A DNA stretch of 64,000 nucleotides, taken from positions 240,994,001 through 241,058,000 of the forward strand of contig OZ024742.1 of assembly GCA_964016885.1 (NCBI GenBank), in the 5' to 3' direction. Below, piece after piece: positions 26,631 through 39,881 of this stretch. Within the stretch, counting starts at the first letter, position 1; each line of letters starts with the position of its first letter. This DNA comes from Eledone cirrhosa. Taxonomy: Eukaryota. Both the position numbers and the translations under genes were made by a program. The notes beneath the pieces are model-generated. The model did not search any database and was not told where the DNA came from. It saw only the letters and a program-made list of their open reading frames with translations.

Positions 26631-29600
26631 AAAAAAATTCCCCCACCCCCTCCCCAAAGACCCACACAACTACAAACACCCCAACCACACAACACACTGA
26701 TGCCCCCACACTTCCACAAACCACCACCCCACCCAACAACCCATCCACCACCCTCATAGAAATTGTGCAGCCCGATATTCGGGACGCAGAGAGGTAAGTG
26801 CTTTTCTCTTCACCACCAACATGGCTATGCTGAGAGTAGGTTGTCTAAATGCGCGTGGTCTGGGCTCAACTTGGAAGCAAGCAATGCTTCTAAATGACCC
26901 CAGGTCACAACGTATAGATGTGATGGTTATTTGCGAGGCCCGGATCAGCAACGTGCGACAGCTGGCCCCCACCTTTGATGACTTTGAGATGCACGCATCT
27001 CTCTGTCAGCCCGGAGGTGGGGGTGGGGTTGTCGTTCTGCTGCAAAACATCTGGGTCTCGCAACACAGACGGTACATTTGGACCCGGAGGGTCGACTAGT
27101 GGTTCTGGAACTTGGCAGTGGTGAAGGCGGAGCGTTTAGGCTGGTAGCCGTCTACGGCCCTTTCGGGTCAACGCGGCCGGACTTCTTCCATCGTCTGGAG
27201 ACTTTTATAGGGACGTCCCGCTCCTTGCTATTAGTGGGGGACAGTAATGGTATCTTAGATGCACGTTGGGACTACGTAGGGGCCTGTCCCGATAGAGAGG
27301 GGTGTAACAGTCTCAAAGGGTTAATCGGCCGATTTGACCTGGCCGATAAATATCGACTAGATTTTCCGACTGCGCCAACCTAGACTAGATAGGTTCTTAG
27401 TTAGAAATAAGGATAAGGACTTTTTAAGTTGTCCAAAAATGCTCATGGTTGGCTATTAAGACCACAAGTTAGTGACCTGCATGGTCTACCTTGACAGAAC
27501 GCATAGACAGGTACCGGTTACTGGAAGCTCAACTTATCCTTACCGGCAAATAAAGCTTACAGGGACCGGATTAGCACTTTAGTTAAGGAGCGGTTGACGA
27601 GCGCCATCGTCAACAGCAGGTGGTAGGGATCTCTCAAAAGAGAGATTAGAGTAGTCTCTATAGAATTTAGTAAAGTGTTAGCCTCAAATAGAAATAGGAA
27701 GGAAAGGGAGTTGGTAGATAGTGTAGGAGAGGCAATTAGAAGCGGCGACGTAGCCAGAGTGCTAGCGTCGAGAACGGCCCTGGGCCAGTTCTTCGACGCG
27801 AAACATGAAGGCTGCATCGTCCGAAGCAAAATACGTGCTCTGGGAAACGAGGGGACCAAAGCTGTTAGCTGGGCCCGCGTGACAGAAGCCAAAAGAGGGA
27901 GCAGATCCACTATCCGGTCTTTGCGAGACCAGGAAGGACGGGTAATACTTGAACCTAAGCAGATGTGCGAGGCTTTTCAAAAGCACTTTGCCAGATTGTT
28001 CGGAAGGAACGGGGAGCCGGTTGGGGAAGTGGACTACGGTCCATACCTCGACGCCCTACGGCGTCTCTCGGACAAGGAGGCGGAGTCCTGCGAGGAGCCG
28101 ATTTCAGCCGCTGAGATAGAGTGCTGAGCCAATGCGGCCAATGCAAATCCCCGGGTCTCGATGGTCTTCCATACGAACTATATCTAGCTATGCAGGACTT
28201 GTTCCCCGATTTTCTCGAGGTGATCTACTGCAACTGGCAACAGAACGGGAGAATTCTCTGTGCTGTGACCAAGGGCGTAGTCACGCTAGTGAGGAAGGAC
28301 GAGAACAAGGGGGACGATATAAATAATTTCAGGCCCATAACTTTGCTAAATACAGAGTTACAGATGTTGGCCAAGGTGCTAGCAAAGAGGTTGGCGCTTG
28401 TCGTGGGCAACCTGGTGGGGGATGCGCAGACATGTGGTATCCCGTCTAGGTCCATCCACGACAACCTTCACCTCATGCGATACATCATAGAGAGGGTTGG
28501 GAACGAACCCGGCTTTGGTGGGGCCCTGATCAACTTGGATCAATCTAAAGCGCTCGATAGGGTCGACCATGGTTACCTCGATGCGGTGCTAGCGGCGGCA
28601 GGCTTCGGACCCGTTTTCAGGGGCTGGGTCACTGCCATGCACAGCAGCCGCATCTGCTCTAGGGTCAAGGTGAACGGACCTCTCGGAGCCGTTCGAAATC
28701 GCGCGGTCCATCCGACAACGGTGCCCTCTCTCCCCCCTTTTGTATGTAACGACTCTAGAGCCACTGCTGCGGAAGTTGGAGTTGTACAGGGCATCCCGTT
28801 GGAACCGGGATTGCGGAAAGCGGTGTCGGCCTACGCCGATGACGTAACAGTAATGGTGTCGACGACCTCGGCAGTCGGGGCGATCGGCACCTTACTGGAG
28901 GAGTACAGTGGCTAAGCTTAACCGGGACAAGTCGATCGGTCTGCAACTCGGCACGTGGAGGGGCAAATCGATGCCCTCCGATGGCGTCGTCGGGCGCTGG
29001 ACGGAGGGCCCGGTGAAGTTGCTCGGGGTCTGGTTCGGAACAGATCTCCAGGTGGAGATGAACTGGGGTGAGGTAACGAACAGGGTGTTTGCACTGACCC
29101 AGAAGTGGGCCGAGTGCAAATTGTCTCTGAAAGGTCGGGCGGAGGTGGCGAACACTTATATAGCGTCCGTCATCTACTACCGCCTGACCGTTGTGCCTTG
29201 CCCAAGGGAAAGGCTCGCCAAAATGGAGCGCGCACTCTTCCAATTCCTTTGGAAGAATCGGGCTCCTATGGTGAGGAGATCGATCTGCTGTCAACACCCT
29301 TCGAAAGGAGGGCTGGGGATGCCGTGTCTGATGATGCGTAAACACACATTAAGGCTACGGCACCTCCTGGTATTCCTCACCGGTCAACCGGTGTGGGCCC
29401 TGTTTGTGAGGCGAGCCTTTCCCAGACTCGTCTCGCTCACCGAGCTGCAATCTTGGGTCAAGCAAAGACCGAGAAAACTGGGCGCCTGGAACACCGAGTG
29501 TGCTCAGGCGCTCACGGCTCTCTGTCAGGCGGACCCGGCTGTCAGTGGAGAATCCACCTCGTCATTCTATAGAGGGCTGGTGGTTACCAGGTGCGACGAC

Positions 29601-30453
29601 GCCCTCGGAGAAGCCCTAGGCATGGAGGAAAACGGACTGGCCAACCTGTTCGGTAGGACATTCAGCCCGGCACCTATGGATAACTTCCAGAGGTCCCAGG
29701 CCTGGCAGTGCTACCGAGGGGCTCTGCCCGTTCGAGAAAGACTCTACAGACACGGGCGCCCGGGTAGGGACCCCTCGAAGAAGATCTCTCCCAGATGCGG
29801 GTGCGACGAGGAACCCGTTGCGCACACATTGGTACACTGCTCGGGCATTGCCTATCTGTTGGGCTATGTCGAACGACTGGTGTCACGGGTGGGGCTGATC
29901 CGGTTGACCACCGAGTCTATTGTAACGATCAAGCTGCCTCCCCTCTTCAAAAACGAAGGAGAGGCGGGGTTTCTGTGCGTAATAGCCATGGCGAAAGAGG
30001 TTGTATGGTGGACGCGTCTGAAAGGACTGAGGTCAGACACCTTTCTCTCTGGCCAACAACTGGTCCGTTTCTTCCGATATCATTTCGGAGAGAGAGGTGC
30101 TGCACCCTAGCTGTTTTTATGAAAGATGGGTGAAAGTGGCCAGAATGGCCCGTGTGAATGGGCCTTCACTCTACATCAGACTGTAGTTGAGAAAGATGAA
30201 AGATCAAGGGAGCACCCTCTCTCTGTGCTACTGAGGAGAAGGGTTGCACACTTTTTCGGGGGTGTGTGCGACCCCCCAAGGCGCCTCCTCCCTATTGAGG
30301 ATTTTGTTATTCAATTTATTTTTCTTATATTTTATATCTTATATTTTTATATTTTGTTATTGCCTCCTCCTTATTGAGGACGCCTTTTTATGTAAACGCC
30401 CCCCATTGTATATGTCCCACTCTTTGACGACCTGGTGGTAAATAAAAAGAAAG

Positions 30454-30454
<1 letters not shown>
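26631..30454 (+). mobile_element. Tx1-clade LINE copy C, 5'-truncated within the ORF1 end, decayed ORF2 (26821-30186)
   Basis: ORF2 starts MAMLRVGCLNARG and has many stops, frameshifts and small deletions. 3'UTR with AATAAA, (TCTA)n flanks. Confidence 0.92.
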
Positions 30455-30497
<43 letters not shown>

Positions 30498-30875
30498 ATT
30501 CTTTTTTTCAAATACCACTTTGGAAGAAGAGTCAGGATGGAGAGAGAGGTGCTGTACCCCAGCAAGTTTTATGAAAGGTGGGTGAAAGTGGCGAGAATGG
30601 CCCGAGTGAATGGGCCTTCTCTCTATATCAGCCTGTAGGTTGAGGAAAAGGAGGAGGAGAGGAAAGGAGTACAAGCTCTTCGTACTCCTGGAGATGAGGG
30701 TTGCACATTTTTTTTCGGGGGTATGTGTTACCCATATAAACTGTCTCCCTCTATTGGGGAAAATCGACTAACTTTTAAATTCCATCTGTGATAACATTTT
30801 ACACGTTTTTATTGTATGTAAACTTCCCCCTTTGTATTTGTCCCCTTCTTTTGTGCCCCTGTGGCTAATAAAGAA

Positions 30876-30876
<1 letters not shown>
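30498..30876 (+). mobile_element. Tx1-clade LINE copy D, 5'-truncated, same subfamily as B
   Basis: Nearly identical to 26220-26597, with (TCTA)n flanks. Confidence 0.9.
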
Positions 30877-30912
<36 letters not shown>

Positions 30913-30920
<8 letters not shown>

Positions 30921-32144
30921 ATACTAAAAGTACTAAAAGCTTGTGATTGTTTGCTTGCTTGTCTGTAATGTAATACAGTCAAAAGGACTCATAATGGGAA
31001 TATACTTTAAATAGATGGGTATATCATGTTATATATAGTTGTTCTAATGAGTTATAAGGGATATTGGTTTTGTATTTTATGTAAATAAATATGTATTTAA
31101 AATTGAGAATGATTTAAAATTAAATTAAATCAAATTAAATTAAATTAACTGAGTTAAGAATATTTATATTTATATTTATATGATTGAAAAGGGAAGATAA
31201 GGAAAAAACTCCGGTTTTATTTATTTATTCGTTAGTGTGAGACTATTTAGTCAAAATAAGTATGGATGTTTAAGATACATTTAGCCAGAATCAGATAGTG
31301 GTTATTAATGTATTGAAAAAATATTGAAAAAATATTGAGAAAATATTGAAAATATATTGAAAAAATATTGAAAAAATATTGAAAAAATATTGAAAAAATA
31401 TTGAAAAAATATTGAGAAAATATTGAAAATACATTGAAAAATTATTGAAAAAATATTGAAAAAATAAAAAAAAAATAAAAAAAATGTTGTAAAAAAAATT
31501 ATTTTTTAAGAGATAAGTAATTTTTAAAGAAATAAAAAATTATTAAAATTTAAAAAAATTAGAATTATATACGTATATATGAAAATTTTTAAGAAGTGGA
31601 AGTACAGCAAATGTTAGAGATATTATGATTTAGAGATATCAATATATTAAAACCAAGTGGATGAGATTGTTATGGAGATTAATAGGAATATTATAAGTAT
31701 AATTATAAGTTATATATAGTTCTGAATGTTGAATTCTGGCGATGTCTACAAGAATTAAATAAATTCGTTTTTAGATTAATAGAGTTTTTACAGTTAAGTA
31801 TATAAAAAAATTCCTCAATACACAGTTTGCAGAATCTAGATAACGCTGTGTTTCAGTACGCGGGTGATTTTGAAACTGTTTCCCAAGCTAATGAATAGTC
31901 TATATTCTTGCATTTTAAGTTCCAAATACCCCTTCTACTTATATATATATGTATACAAACACACACATTTATAAATATATATATATATACATACACACAC
32001 GTATATATATGGACCTTCTAGTTTCATTTCACTTTATATACATGTAAGTGTATATTTTAATTATTTAAAAATTATTTTTAAGAGAACATGATTTTAAAAA
32101 ATATCTTGAATTGAACGTGACCTAGCGAGTCACGGGTGGTCTAG
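30913..32144 (+). mobile_element. Probable non-autonomous Helitron (second family)
   Basis: TCTATCTAATACTAAAAG 5' end, internal (tattgaaaaaa)n array ~31311-31460, hairpin cgtgacctagcgagtcacg (32116-32134), then CTAG|T. Confidence 0.6.
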
Positions 32145-33114
32145 TATAAACTAAAGATGCCTACTAGACTCTACTACCGCATTGAGTACCTTTTTAAACT
32201 GTGGTCACCTTCTTATACCCAATGGGAATCTTTTCGTCATACATCTGTGGACGTATTAAGAATTAGAAATAGAAGCCAGGACTATCCATCATCAGTGGTC
32301 TGCTAGCCATCATAGGTATTTCTTCGCATTAAAGACCAGATATCTCAGGCTAGCGCGAACAATATCTAAAATAAGTTATTGGAATAAAAAGAATTGGGTG
32401 GAGAAAGAGAGACAGGTAAACAAACACGAATGGTAAAGAGAGGAACAAATGAGAAATTCAAGTCAATGATTCATTTGAACATAAGAACTTGCGAATATTG
32501 ACGAGAAGACGAAAGACACATCTGAACCTTGCAAAAAGTAAGCGAGGAAAGAATTTCGCACGGTGTGGGGCGATGGAGGAAGTGAGAGAGAGGGTGAGTA
32601 GAAGAAAGTGAGTGAGTGAAAGTGTGAGGAAGAGGCTAGCCAAGAGAGGGTGACTAGCAGAGGGGGTGAATGAAAGTAGGAGGGAGAAGGAGAGAGAAAG
32701 GGGAGAGAGAGAAAGAGGATAGCAGTAAGGGAAGAGAAAAAGACAGGTCATAGCGAAGGAGAAGCATATAGGAATATGTAAAATATGTAAAATCATATGA
32801 TTCCAGTTCCTTAGAGAAATAACAACACAACCAGGAGCTGGACATATCGATGGATTGACGGAGTAAAACACACTTCAACAACATGTGTACCTGTCTTTCC
32901 CACACCAATTCGGACTGCCTGAAGAGGTCACAGCCAATGATGGTTGTCACCGAAATATATATAGCAGTATATCTATAATTTACAATAAACGAAGCCAAAT
33001 TTTACATATTTGACTTAATTATTTTACATTACTCCGGAGTAAACAAATCAACCTGCGTACTTCGTCGAGTGCTCCAATCTGCAACTAAGGTGTCAGTAAA
33101 CAACTAACATATAC

Positions 33115-33167
<53 letters not shown>

Positions 33168-33446
33168 AGTATATGTTAGTTGTTTACTGACACCTTAGTA
33201 TGCAGATTGTGTCATACTAAGGTGTCAGTAAACATATTTACAGGACATACTCCATATATACTCCATATATATATATATATATATATATGGAGTATATGTT
33301 AGTTGTTTACTGACACCTTAGAATGCAGATTGGTGCATATATATATATATATATATATGGAAAGTTATATTTAAATTGTTGGGTTACAACTAGTAAATAT
33401 TTATAACTGATATAAAAGCACTCGACAAGTATTTGGAGTATATTTA

Positions 33447-33596
33447 CAATATTAAATAAATGGAAACTATATTTATAAAACCATATCTATTTCATTATAT
33501 ATATTTCAGGGATATCATATTAATATGATATCCCTGAAATATATATAATGAAATAAATATGGTTTTATAAATATAGTTTCCATTTATTTAATATTG
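33447..33596. repeat. Near-perfect 150-bp palindrome of a pLTR-like family
   Basis: Centred on gatatcatattaatatgatatc. Same family as 46991-47325. Confidence 0.85.
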
Positions 33597-33608
33597 TGTT
33601 TATTTAAT

Positions 33609-33643
<35 letters not shown>

Positions 33644-33664
33644 CGAGTAAATATCGTCCTCACC

Positions 33665-33724
<60 letters not shown>

Positions 33725-33729
33725 ATATA

Positions 33730-34152
33730 CAGGGTGAGGACGATATTTACTCGCAATTTCCAACTGCTAATTTTATGCAATTTTTTTGTTACTTCCGTTG
33801 TCACTTTTGTCTTCATAAAAAACAGTGACTATATTTTCATTATTTATTTTCAGAATAATTGATTATGAATCATTTTGAACCTCCAAATTTGTGGAAGAGA
33901 CACGGAGTTCTTCTTGGAATCCGCGCCGGGAGGACAAATAAGGAAATTTCAGACTTTCTCAACGTCAGCAGGAGATGGTGTCTCATCCAAAGACGTGCCC
34001 AGAGTCATGCAGATAAAGTTTCCAGCGACAACATTGGTCTTAGGTGTCGTCAGCAGTCAAGGTGACGTCATGCCACCTCACTGCTTCCCTGAGGTCCTCA
34101 AGCTGAACCTCGATGGCTACATCCGCGTTCTGAGCGAGCTAGTAAAGCCTTC
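33730..34152 (+). mobile_element. Deleted Tc1/mariner-superfamily transposon (maT/DD37D-like) fragment
   Basis: TA|CAGGGTGAGGACGATATTTACTCGCAAT terminus (mirrored at 33641-33669), and transposase remnant DVPRVMQIKFPATTLVLGVVSSQGDVMPPHCFPEVLKLNLDGYIRVLSELVKP. Confidence 0.7.
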
Positions 34153-34704
34153 GATAAGGATAATATATATATATAAAAATATATAAAACCACAGAGCAAA
34201 TATTTATCAAAATAACAGATTAAATTCTAAGCAAAGAATCGCTGCATTCTGAAACTTCAGAAGATCCCGTTAAGGGGGAAAGCAGCGATTCTTTGCTTAA
34301 ACTTTAATCTGTTTTTTTTAAATATATATGTATATATATATTCCTTTGTCCCGTGTCTCCCCACGATGGGATCTGTTCACCTATTTATTCTTCTTTTTTC
34401 CCTTTTCCTCTTTCTTCCTCTCTCCTCACCACCTTTCCCCCTCTGATCTTCCTCCTCTTTTCCCTCTTTATCTTTCATTTTTCTCTTCTTTTCCTCCTGG
34501 CCTTTTCATTAAGAAAAGGGCGCATCGTGGATCGCTACAGATGTCCTGTAAACAAGAGCTGAAATATTTGGATCGCGGATTACAGCTGACGAAGGATTCT
34601 TTCTTCCTTTCTCCTCTTGTTCCGTCCAAACCACTATCGCAAACCTTGTTTTTAGTAACCACACAGTTACTTTCGTTTCTTATCACATATATATAATAAA
34701 AAAT

Positions 34705-35078
34705 AAGAAATTAGAAGTTAGGATTATCCATCATCAGTTGTCTAGGCATTTCTTCGCATTAAAGACAAGCTACCTCGGCCTTGGGCGAAACAATAACTAA
34801 AGTAAATTATTGGGATAAAGAAGTCGGTGGCGAAAGAGAAGGACATTGTTCGAAATGAATTATTGACTTGATTTTTTTCTTTTTTCCTCTCTTTACGTTG
34901 CCTCACCCATCGTGTCTGTTTATATGTCCTTCTCTTTCTCCACCCACTTCTTTTTATCCCAATAATTTAATTTAGTTATTGTTTCGCCCTAGGCCGAGGT
35001 ATCTTGTCTGTAACGCGAAGAAATACCTATGACGCCTAGTAGACAACTGATGATGGATAATCCTAACTTCTAATTTCT
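34705..35078. repeat. Inverted pair of pLTR-like repeats (~125 bp arms)
   Basis: 34705-34830 mirrors ~34940-35078. Contains ctgatgatggataatcc. A further copy lies at ~32260-32400. Confidence 0.7.
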
Positions 35079-36098
35079 CATTTTTCATTATACTTAATTG
35101 CAACAACACAGCTCGCCATTTTGATTCATATATATATATATATATATATATAAATATAGTTATATTTGGGGAGGGTCATATTTGTGTAATATTGCCAGAA
35201 TTAATAACAGAACACACTCACTGTTTGGTTGGTTTTCGCTTTTCGCTTCTGTGTCTTTTATATCGGTAATCTAATTTATTCGGTCTTCAATGTTGCCATT
35301 GACTGACCAACGGTCAAAAATAATACTGATACAATATAGACACAAACACATATATAGTTTATCAATGTTCTTTCGTTGCACATCTGCAACATCGTCAGTG
35401 GTGCTATTGTTTCCTCCCGTTGCATTGTATTTTCTACGCCATCTTTATTTAGTCTGTTTATATATTTATTTATTTGTTTATTTTATTTTGTCTTCTTTGC
35501 GCATGCGTTTGCGTGTGTGTATAGTGTTTTGTTTGATGTGTGTTCGTGATTGGGTGACTGTGTATTGGTTAATGTATTCTATCTTTACTAGTGTGTGTTT
35601 ATATGTGTTTGTTGTTATTGTGCTTGTGTATGTATTTATTTATTTATTTATCTATTTATTTATTTATACTTCTCTTAGGTCAGTGTTGTTTGTTTGGGTG
35701 TTGTTATTCCATTCATTCTTTCTGTTTAGCCTTGGCCTTCTAAGTTCTATTTCACTGGCCTCTATGATTTGCCTATCTGCTGGGTCATTTCTATGTTTAG
35801 ATATTATTCTAATTTCTATGTTGTCTATGTTACCGTCGTGTTGTCTGGCATGTTCGTATAGTACTGAACCGTTTTTTCGTCCTTTTAGTTCCCCCCAGTG
35901 TTGGTCTATCCTTTCACCTATGCTACGAACTGTCTCGCCTATGTATGTTGTTGTCATGTTTTTGCAAGTACCCTCTGTACATCTTATGCTATAGACTACG
36001 TTTCTAGTTTTACAGTTTATCCGGGGGTTTACCTTACATATGATACATTTCCTATTAGTAAAGTGGGTTCTCTTAAAAGGGTAGGTTTTGCTGATCAG

Positions 36099-36578
36099 AT
36101 TAAGGTGGTAGAAAAGCCAGGAACCACCATAAAATCCCTGATCTGCAAAACCTACCCTTTTAAGAAAACCCACTGTACTAATAGGAAATGTATCATATGT
36201 AAGGTAAACCCCCGTATAAACTGTAAAACTAGAAACGTAGTCTATAGCATAAGATGTACAGAAGGTACTTGCAGAAACATGACAACAACATACATAGGCG
36301 AGACAGCTCGTAGCATAGGTGAAAGGATAGACCAACACTGGGGGGAACTAAAAGGACGAAAAAACGGTTCAGTACTATACGAACATGCCAGACAACAACA
36401 CGACGGTAACATAGACAACATAGAAATTAGAATAATATCTAAACATAGAAATGACCCAGCAGATAGGCAAATCATAGAGGCCAGTGAAATAGAACTTAGA
36501 AGGCCAAGGCTAAACAGAAAGAATGAATGGAATAACAACAACACCCAAACAAACAACACTGACCTAAGAGAAGTATAA
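36099..36578 (+). pseudogene. PLE linker + GIY-YIG endonuclease C-terminal fragment (mirror copy 35664-36098 on - strand)
   Basis: IKVVEKPGTTIKSLI..C...CIIC......CKTRNVVYSIRC....C.....YIGETARSIGERIDQH...RQIIEASEI....P.LNRKNEW. Confidence 0.88.
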
Positions 36579-36841
36579 ATAAATAAATAGATAAATAAAT
36601 AAATAAATACATACACAAGCACAATAACAACAAACACATATAAACACACACTAGTAAAGATAGAATACATTAACCAATACACAGTCACCCAATCACGAAC
36701 ACACATCAAACAAAACACTATACACACACGCAAACGCATGCGCAAAGAAGACAAAATAAAATAAACAAATAAATAAATATATAAACAGACTAAATAAAGA
36801 TGGCGTAGAAAATACAATGCAACGGGAGGAAACAATAGCAC

Positions 36842-36880
36842 CACTGACGATGTTGCAGATGTGCAACGAAAGAACTTTGA
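36842..36880 (+). ncRNA. Hammerhead-like motif in the pLTR (mirror at ~35362-35400)
   Basis: CUGACGA, stem II gttgca-gatg-tgcaac, GAAA. Stems I and III are weak. Confidence 0.55.
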
Positions 36881-37213
36881 TAAACTATATATATGTGTTT
36901 GTGTCTATATTGTATCTGTATTATTTTTGACCGTTGGTCAGTCAATGGCAACATTGAGGACCGAGTAAGTTAGATTACCGATATAAAAGACACAGAAGCG
37001 AGAAGCAAAAACCAACCAAACAGTGAGTGTGTTCTGTTATTAATTCTGGCAATATTACACAAATATGACCCTCCCCAAGTATAACTATATTTGTTTCGAC
37101 ACACGATTTCATATAAAAAACCTCGCAAAACTATATATATATATATATATATATAAAGAAGTCGGTGGAGAAACAGAAGGACATGTAAACAGACATACGT
37201 GTATATAGATGTA

Positions 37214-37264
<51 letters not shown>

Positions 37265-37288
37265 GTATATGTATGTATGTATATATAT

Positions 37289-37344
<56 letters not shown>

Positions 37345-37454
37345 ACATACATCTTTATACACGTATATACATACACACATACATACATATATCTATATAC
37401 ACGTATATACATACATACATACATACATACATACATACATACATACATACATAC

Positions 37455-37778
37455 ATCCATACATGATGGCTGCCCCCTCCTTATCGAGTATGGCCATTGC
37501 ACATTATACCATTATTAATAATTATTAATTAATTCTTCCGTGCAATGCCTGTGCATGAAGATATTTGTTAAAGTGAGGAATGACTGTGCACTGAACCAAT
37601 CCCACTCTCTGAGCGACAGTAGCTATAACCCGAAAAGAAGAAAAGATCAACATCATCGGTAACTACTGAGCCGCAGGTTTTATATCGGAGTTATCCCACT
37701 TTCCTGAATTGCCTTCTCCTAGAAGAATGCCCTGACAAATGCTAGGGATCCTTCACTCCCAGTGGTTTAACCGCGCGG
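37455..37778 (-). mobile_element. Second copy of the 16978-17300 repeat
   Basis: Reverse-complement similarity along the whole length, with (CATA)n tail on the left. Confidence 0.65.
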
Positions 37779-38015
37779 TACATGTGTATATACATATTTA
37801 CACACTTTCGGATGGCTGTTGACTCTTATGAGTTCTTCCGCCCTTTGTCAGCTTTTGTTTTTTGTCATGCAGGGTGTCCAAAATCCCCCTCCTCACCAAG
37901 TAAACTTGGTGGGGTTTGCCGGTTTAATCGCCGACTACCCGACCATGCGACAGGTTGTACTGGGTTACATGTTACCAGTAGCACTCAAGAGTGACCCGAC
38001 ATAGACATATTAACA

Positions 38016-38047
<32 letters not shown>

Positions 38048-38339
38048 AACACTCCTTTCTCTCAGAAGCATCTGTCTCCAACTGACTCGGCTTGATCCCA
38101 AGCGAGACCAACCGAATATGTGGATTTCAACCAGAAAGAATATTCTACAGTACAAATGTATGTGACTGTTTACAAAATGTGACATTAAATAACAGTAATA
38201 ATTAATGAAAACGAAATACTGATTAAGTCAAAAGAATGAGTTTTTAAACATGGTAGGTATTTTAATAACATTAGATTGTTGTTTCAAAATTTAGAAATTG
38301 GAGAAACCTTAGAAAATAGCTATCACGATGTCATCAAAT

Positions 38340-38560
38340 ATGAACTTACCGGTCGCTCTCCGACAAGTTTGCGGTCGTGCCCTTAGCAGTGGAGACTTCT
38401 GGTGTCCTTGGCCCTCTGGCTACCTCCTTGCTCACCACCATAGGCGATGAGCTGGCCAGCCGGAGGTGTGAGTCTCACCAGATGGAATGGCTCTTTCAGC
38501 GCATCTCCCTTACCCTGTTCCGGGGAAACGCCTTCTCCATTCTGTCCACCGAGTCTGGGC
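38340..38560 (+). pseudogene. CRE-clade non-LTR retrotransposon C-terminal fragment
   Basis: VPLAVETSGVLGP...WLFQRISLTLFRGNAFSIL matches the CRE terminal motif P.AVET.G..GP...L.QRIS...QRGNA.S.L. Confidence 0.75.
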
Positions 38561-39044
38561 GGCGACCAGTAGATGGGACACTATACAGAGAGATGGGGAG
38601 CGCGAGAGAGATGGGGGCGATGACGGTGGGCGTTCGGTTCTTCCGTGTTCGGACACATTGCACCTGTCAAGAGTGTATTTTCATACCCAACGTACTATAT
38701 AGTCATATTCTGTCAAGCAAGCCAATTAAACAAAAAAAAAAAAAAGACACACAGTCACCATTTAACAAATGAGAAGCAAGAGATTATCACAGGATCCATA
38801 GCCTACAATGACTCGAAGTATATACATGATAGGTTCCATGCTGGAGTCTTGTTGGACTGGACTATATTCTGTTGTGGAGTCCCTCAGCAAAGACCGTGTT
38901 AAGCTAAATAAATGTAAAAACTGACAAGATCTACACCGATGCCGCCTCAATATCAGGTGTTCCCCATGATCTTGAATACTCAACCATTCTCACTGCTCCT
39001 TTGATACAAAAGAGAACAATCCTCAGCAACCTAAGAGTCTAAAG

Positions 39045-39344
39045 CAGGCATGTGCAACCTTTTTCGAGAAGCGGCCCGCATGAGATATGGCTCTTCATCA
39101 AGCGGGCCACAAGCGCTAATTTACATTCGTACCCACATTAAAAAAAGGGCGGTAACTCAGGTTGTTTTGATTTGTTTCTTCATAATTCGTACACGTGATT
39201 TGTTTCTTCAGAATTCGATCATAAAAATGATAGAAAAATAAATTACGACTGAAAAGTTTGGGCAAAAAAATCGGAAAGATTTCACTTAGGTGACTTAGGC
39301 GAGCCATTCAGAAAGCTTAGCGGGCTGCAAGTTGCCCATTACTG
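39045..39344. mobile_element. hAT (Charlie-type) MITE, 300 bp
   Basis: Perfect 8-bp TSD gtctaaag (39037-39044 and 39345-39352), imperfect TIRs caggcatgtgcaacct / aagttgcccattactg. Confidence 0.88.
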
Positions 39345-39424
39345 GTCTAAAGAGGGAGCTAGGTGAGACCAGTGACACAAGGTATTAATAATGATTTCTG
39401 ATTTATATAATTATATATAAATAT

Positions 39425-39880
39425 ATTAAAATAACAGATTAAAGTTTAAGCAAAGAATCGCTGATTTCACCCTTAACGGGATCTTCTGAAACTAATAAAA
39501 AATCAATCTGTGAACGCAGAAGTAAATATTTCGGAAAACGTTATACACTATATATATAGACACACTATATATACGTATATACACACACACATACCGCGTC
39601 ATAATGTCGTATTAAAGAAAGCCAGACATACAGACAGATATTATAAGGGCGCAACGTTATATCTATGTATCTCTCTAAAAAGAAAGACTACGAATTATAA
39701 AGAGAGATCGCTAAATCGCCTAATGCGGTCCCTAAGGCATTGAAAATTTGAAATATTCTTTGCTCAAAACACTCACACGACCATAAGTATTACATGTGTA
39801 AAGTTTGAAAACAATCGGTTGGGTGGTTCTCGAGTTTTAGTGAGTTGACAGACAGACATTCTCTGTTTTAGATATATAGA
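39425..39880 (-). mobile_element. 5' half of the non-autonomous Helitron (family of 6749-7874)
   Basis: Reverse complement of 6749-7295, TC terminus at 39880, abuts a SINE tail. Confidence 0.8.
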
Positions 39881-39881
39881 T

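Larger units (their letters stand above)
35153..37092. mobile_element. 5'-truncated Penelope-like element (Naiad-like) as a ~1.94 kb fold-back inverted repeat
   Basis: Arms 35153-36098 and 36138-37092, 39-nt spacer. Each arm carries the GIY-YIG coding end, 3'UTR and pLTR. Confidence 0.9.

Noticed and set aside
36140-36320. Selenocysteine recoding as reported for some Naiad PLEs
   Set aside because: No in-frame TGA at Cys positions in the visible fragment, and no SECIS that I can identify.
35290-36844. Hydrophobic ORFs 35290-35994 (+) and 36242-36844 (-)
   Set aside because: They are antisense shadows of the A/C-rich PLE arms.
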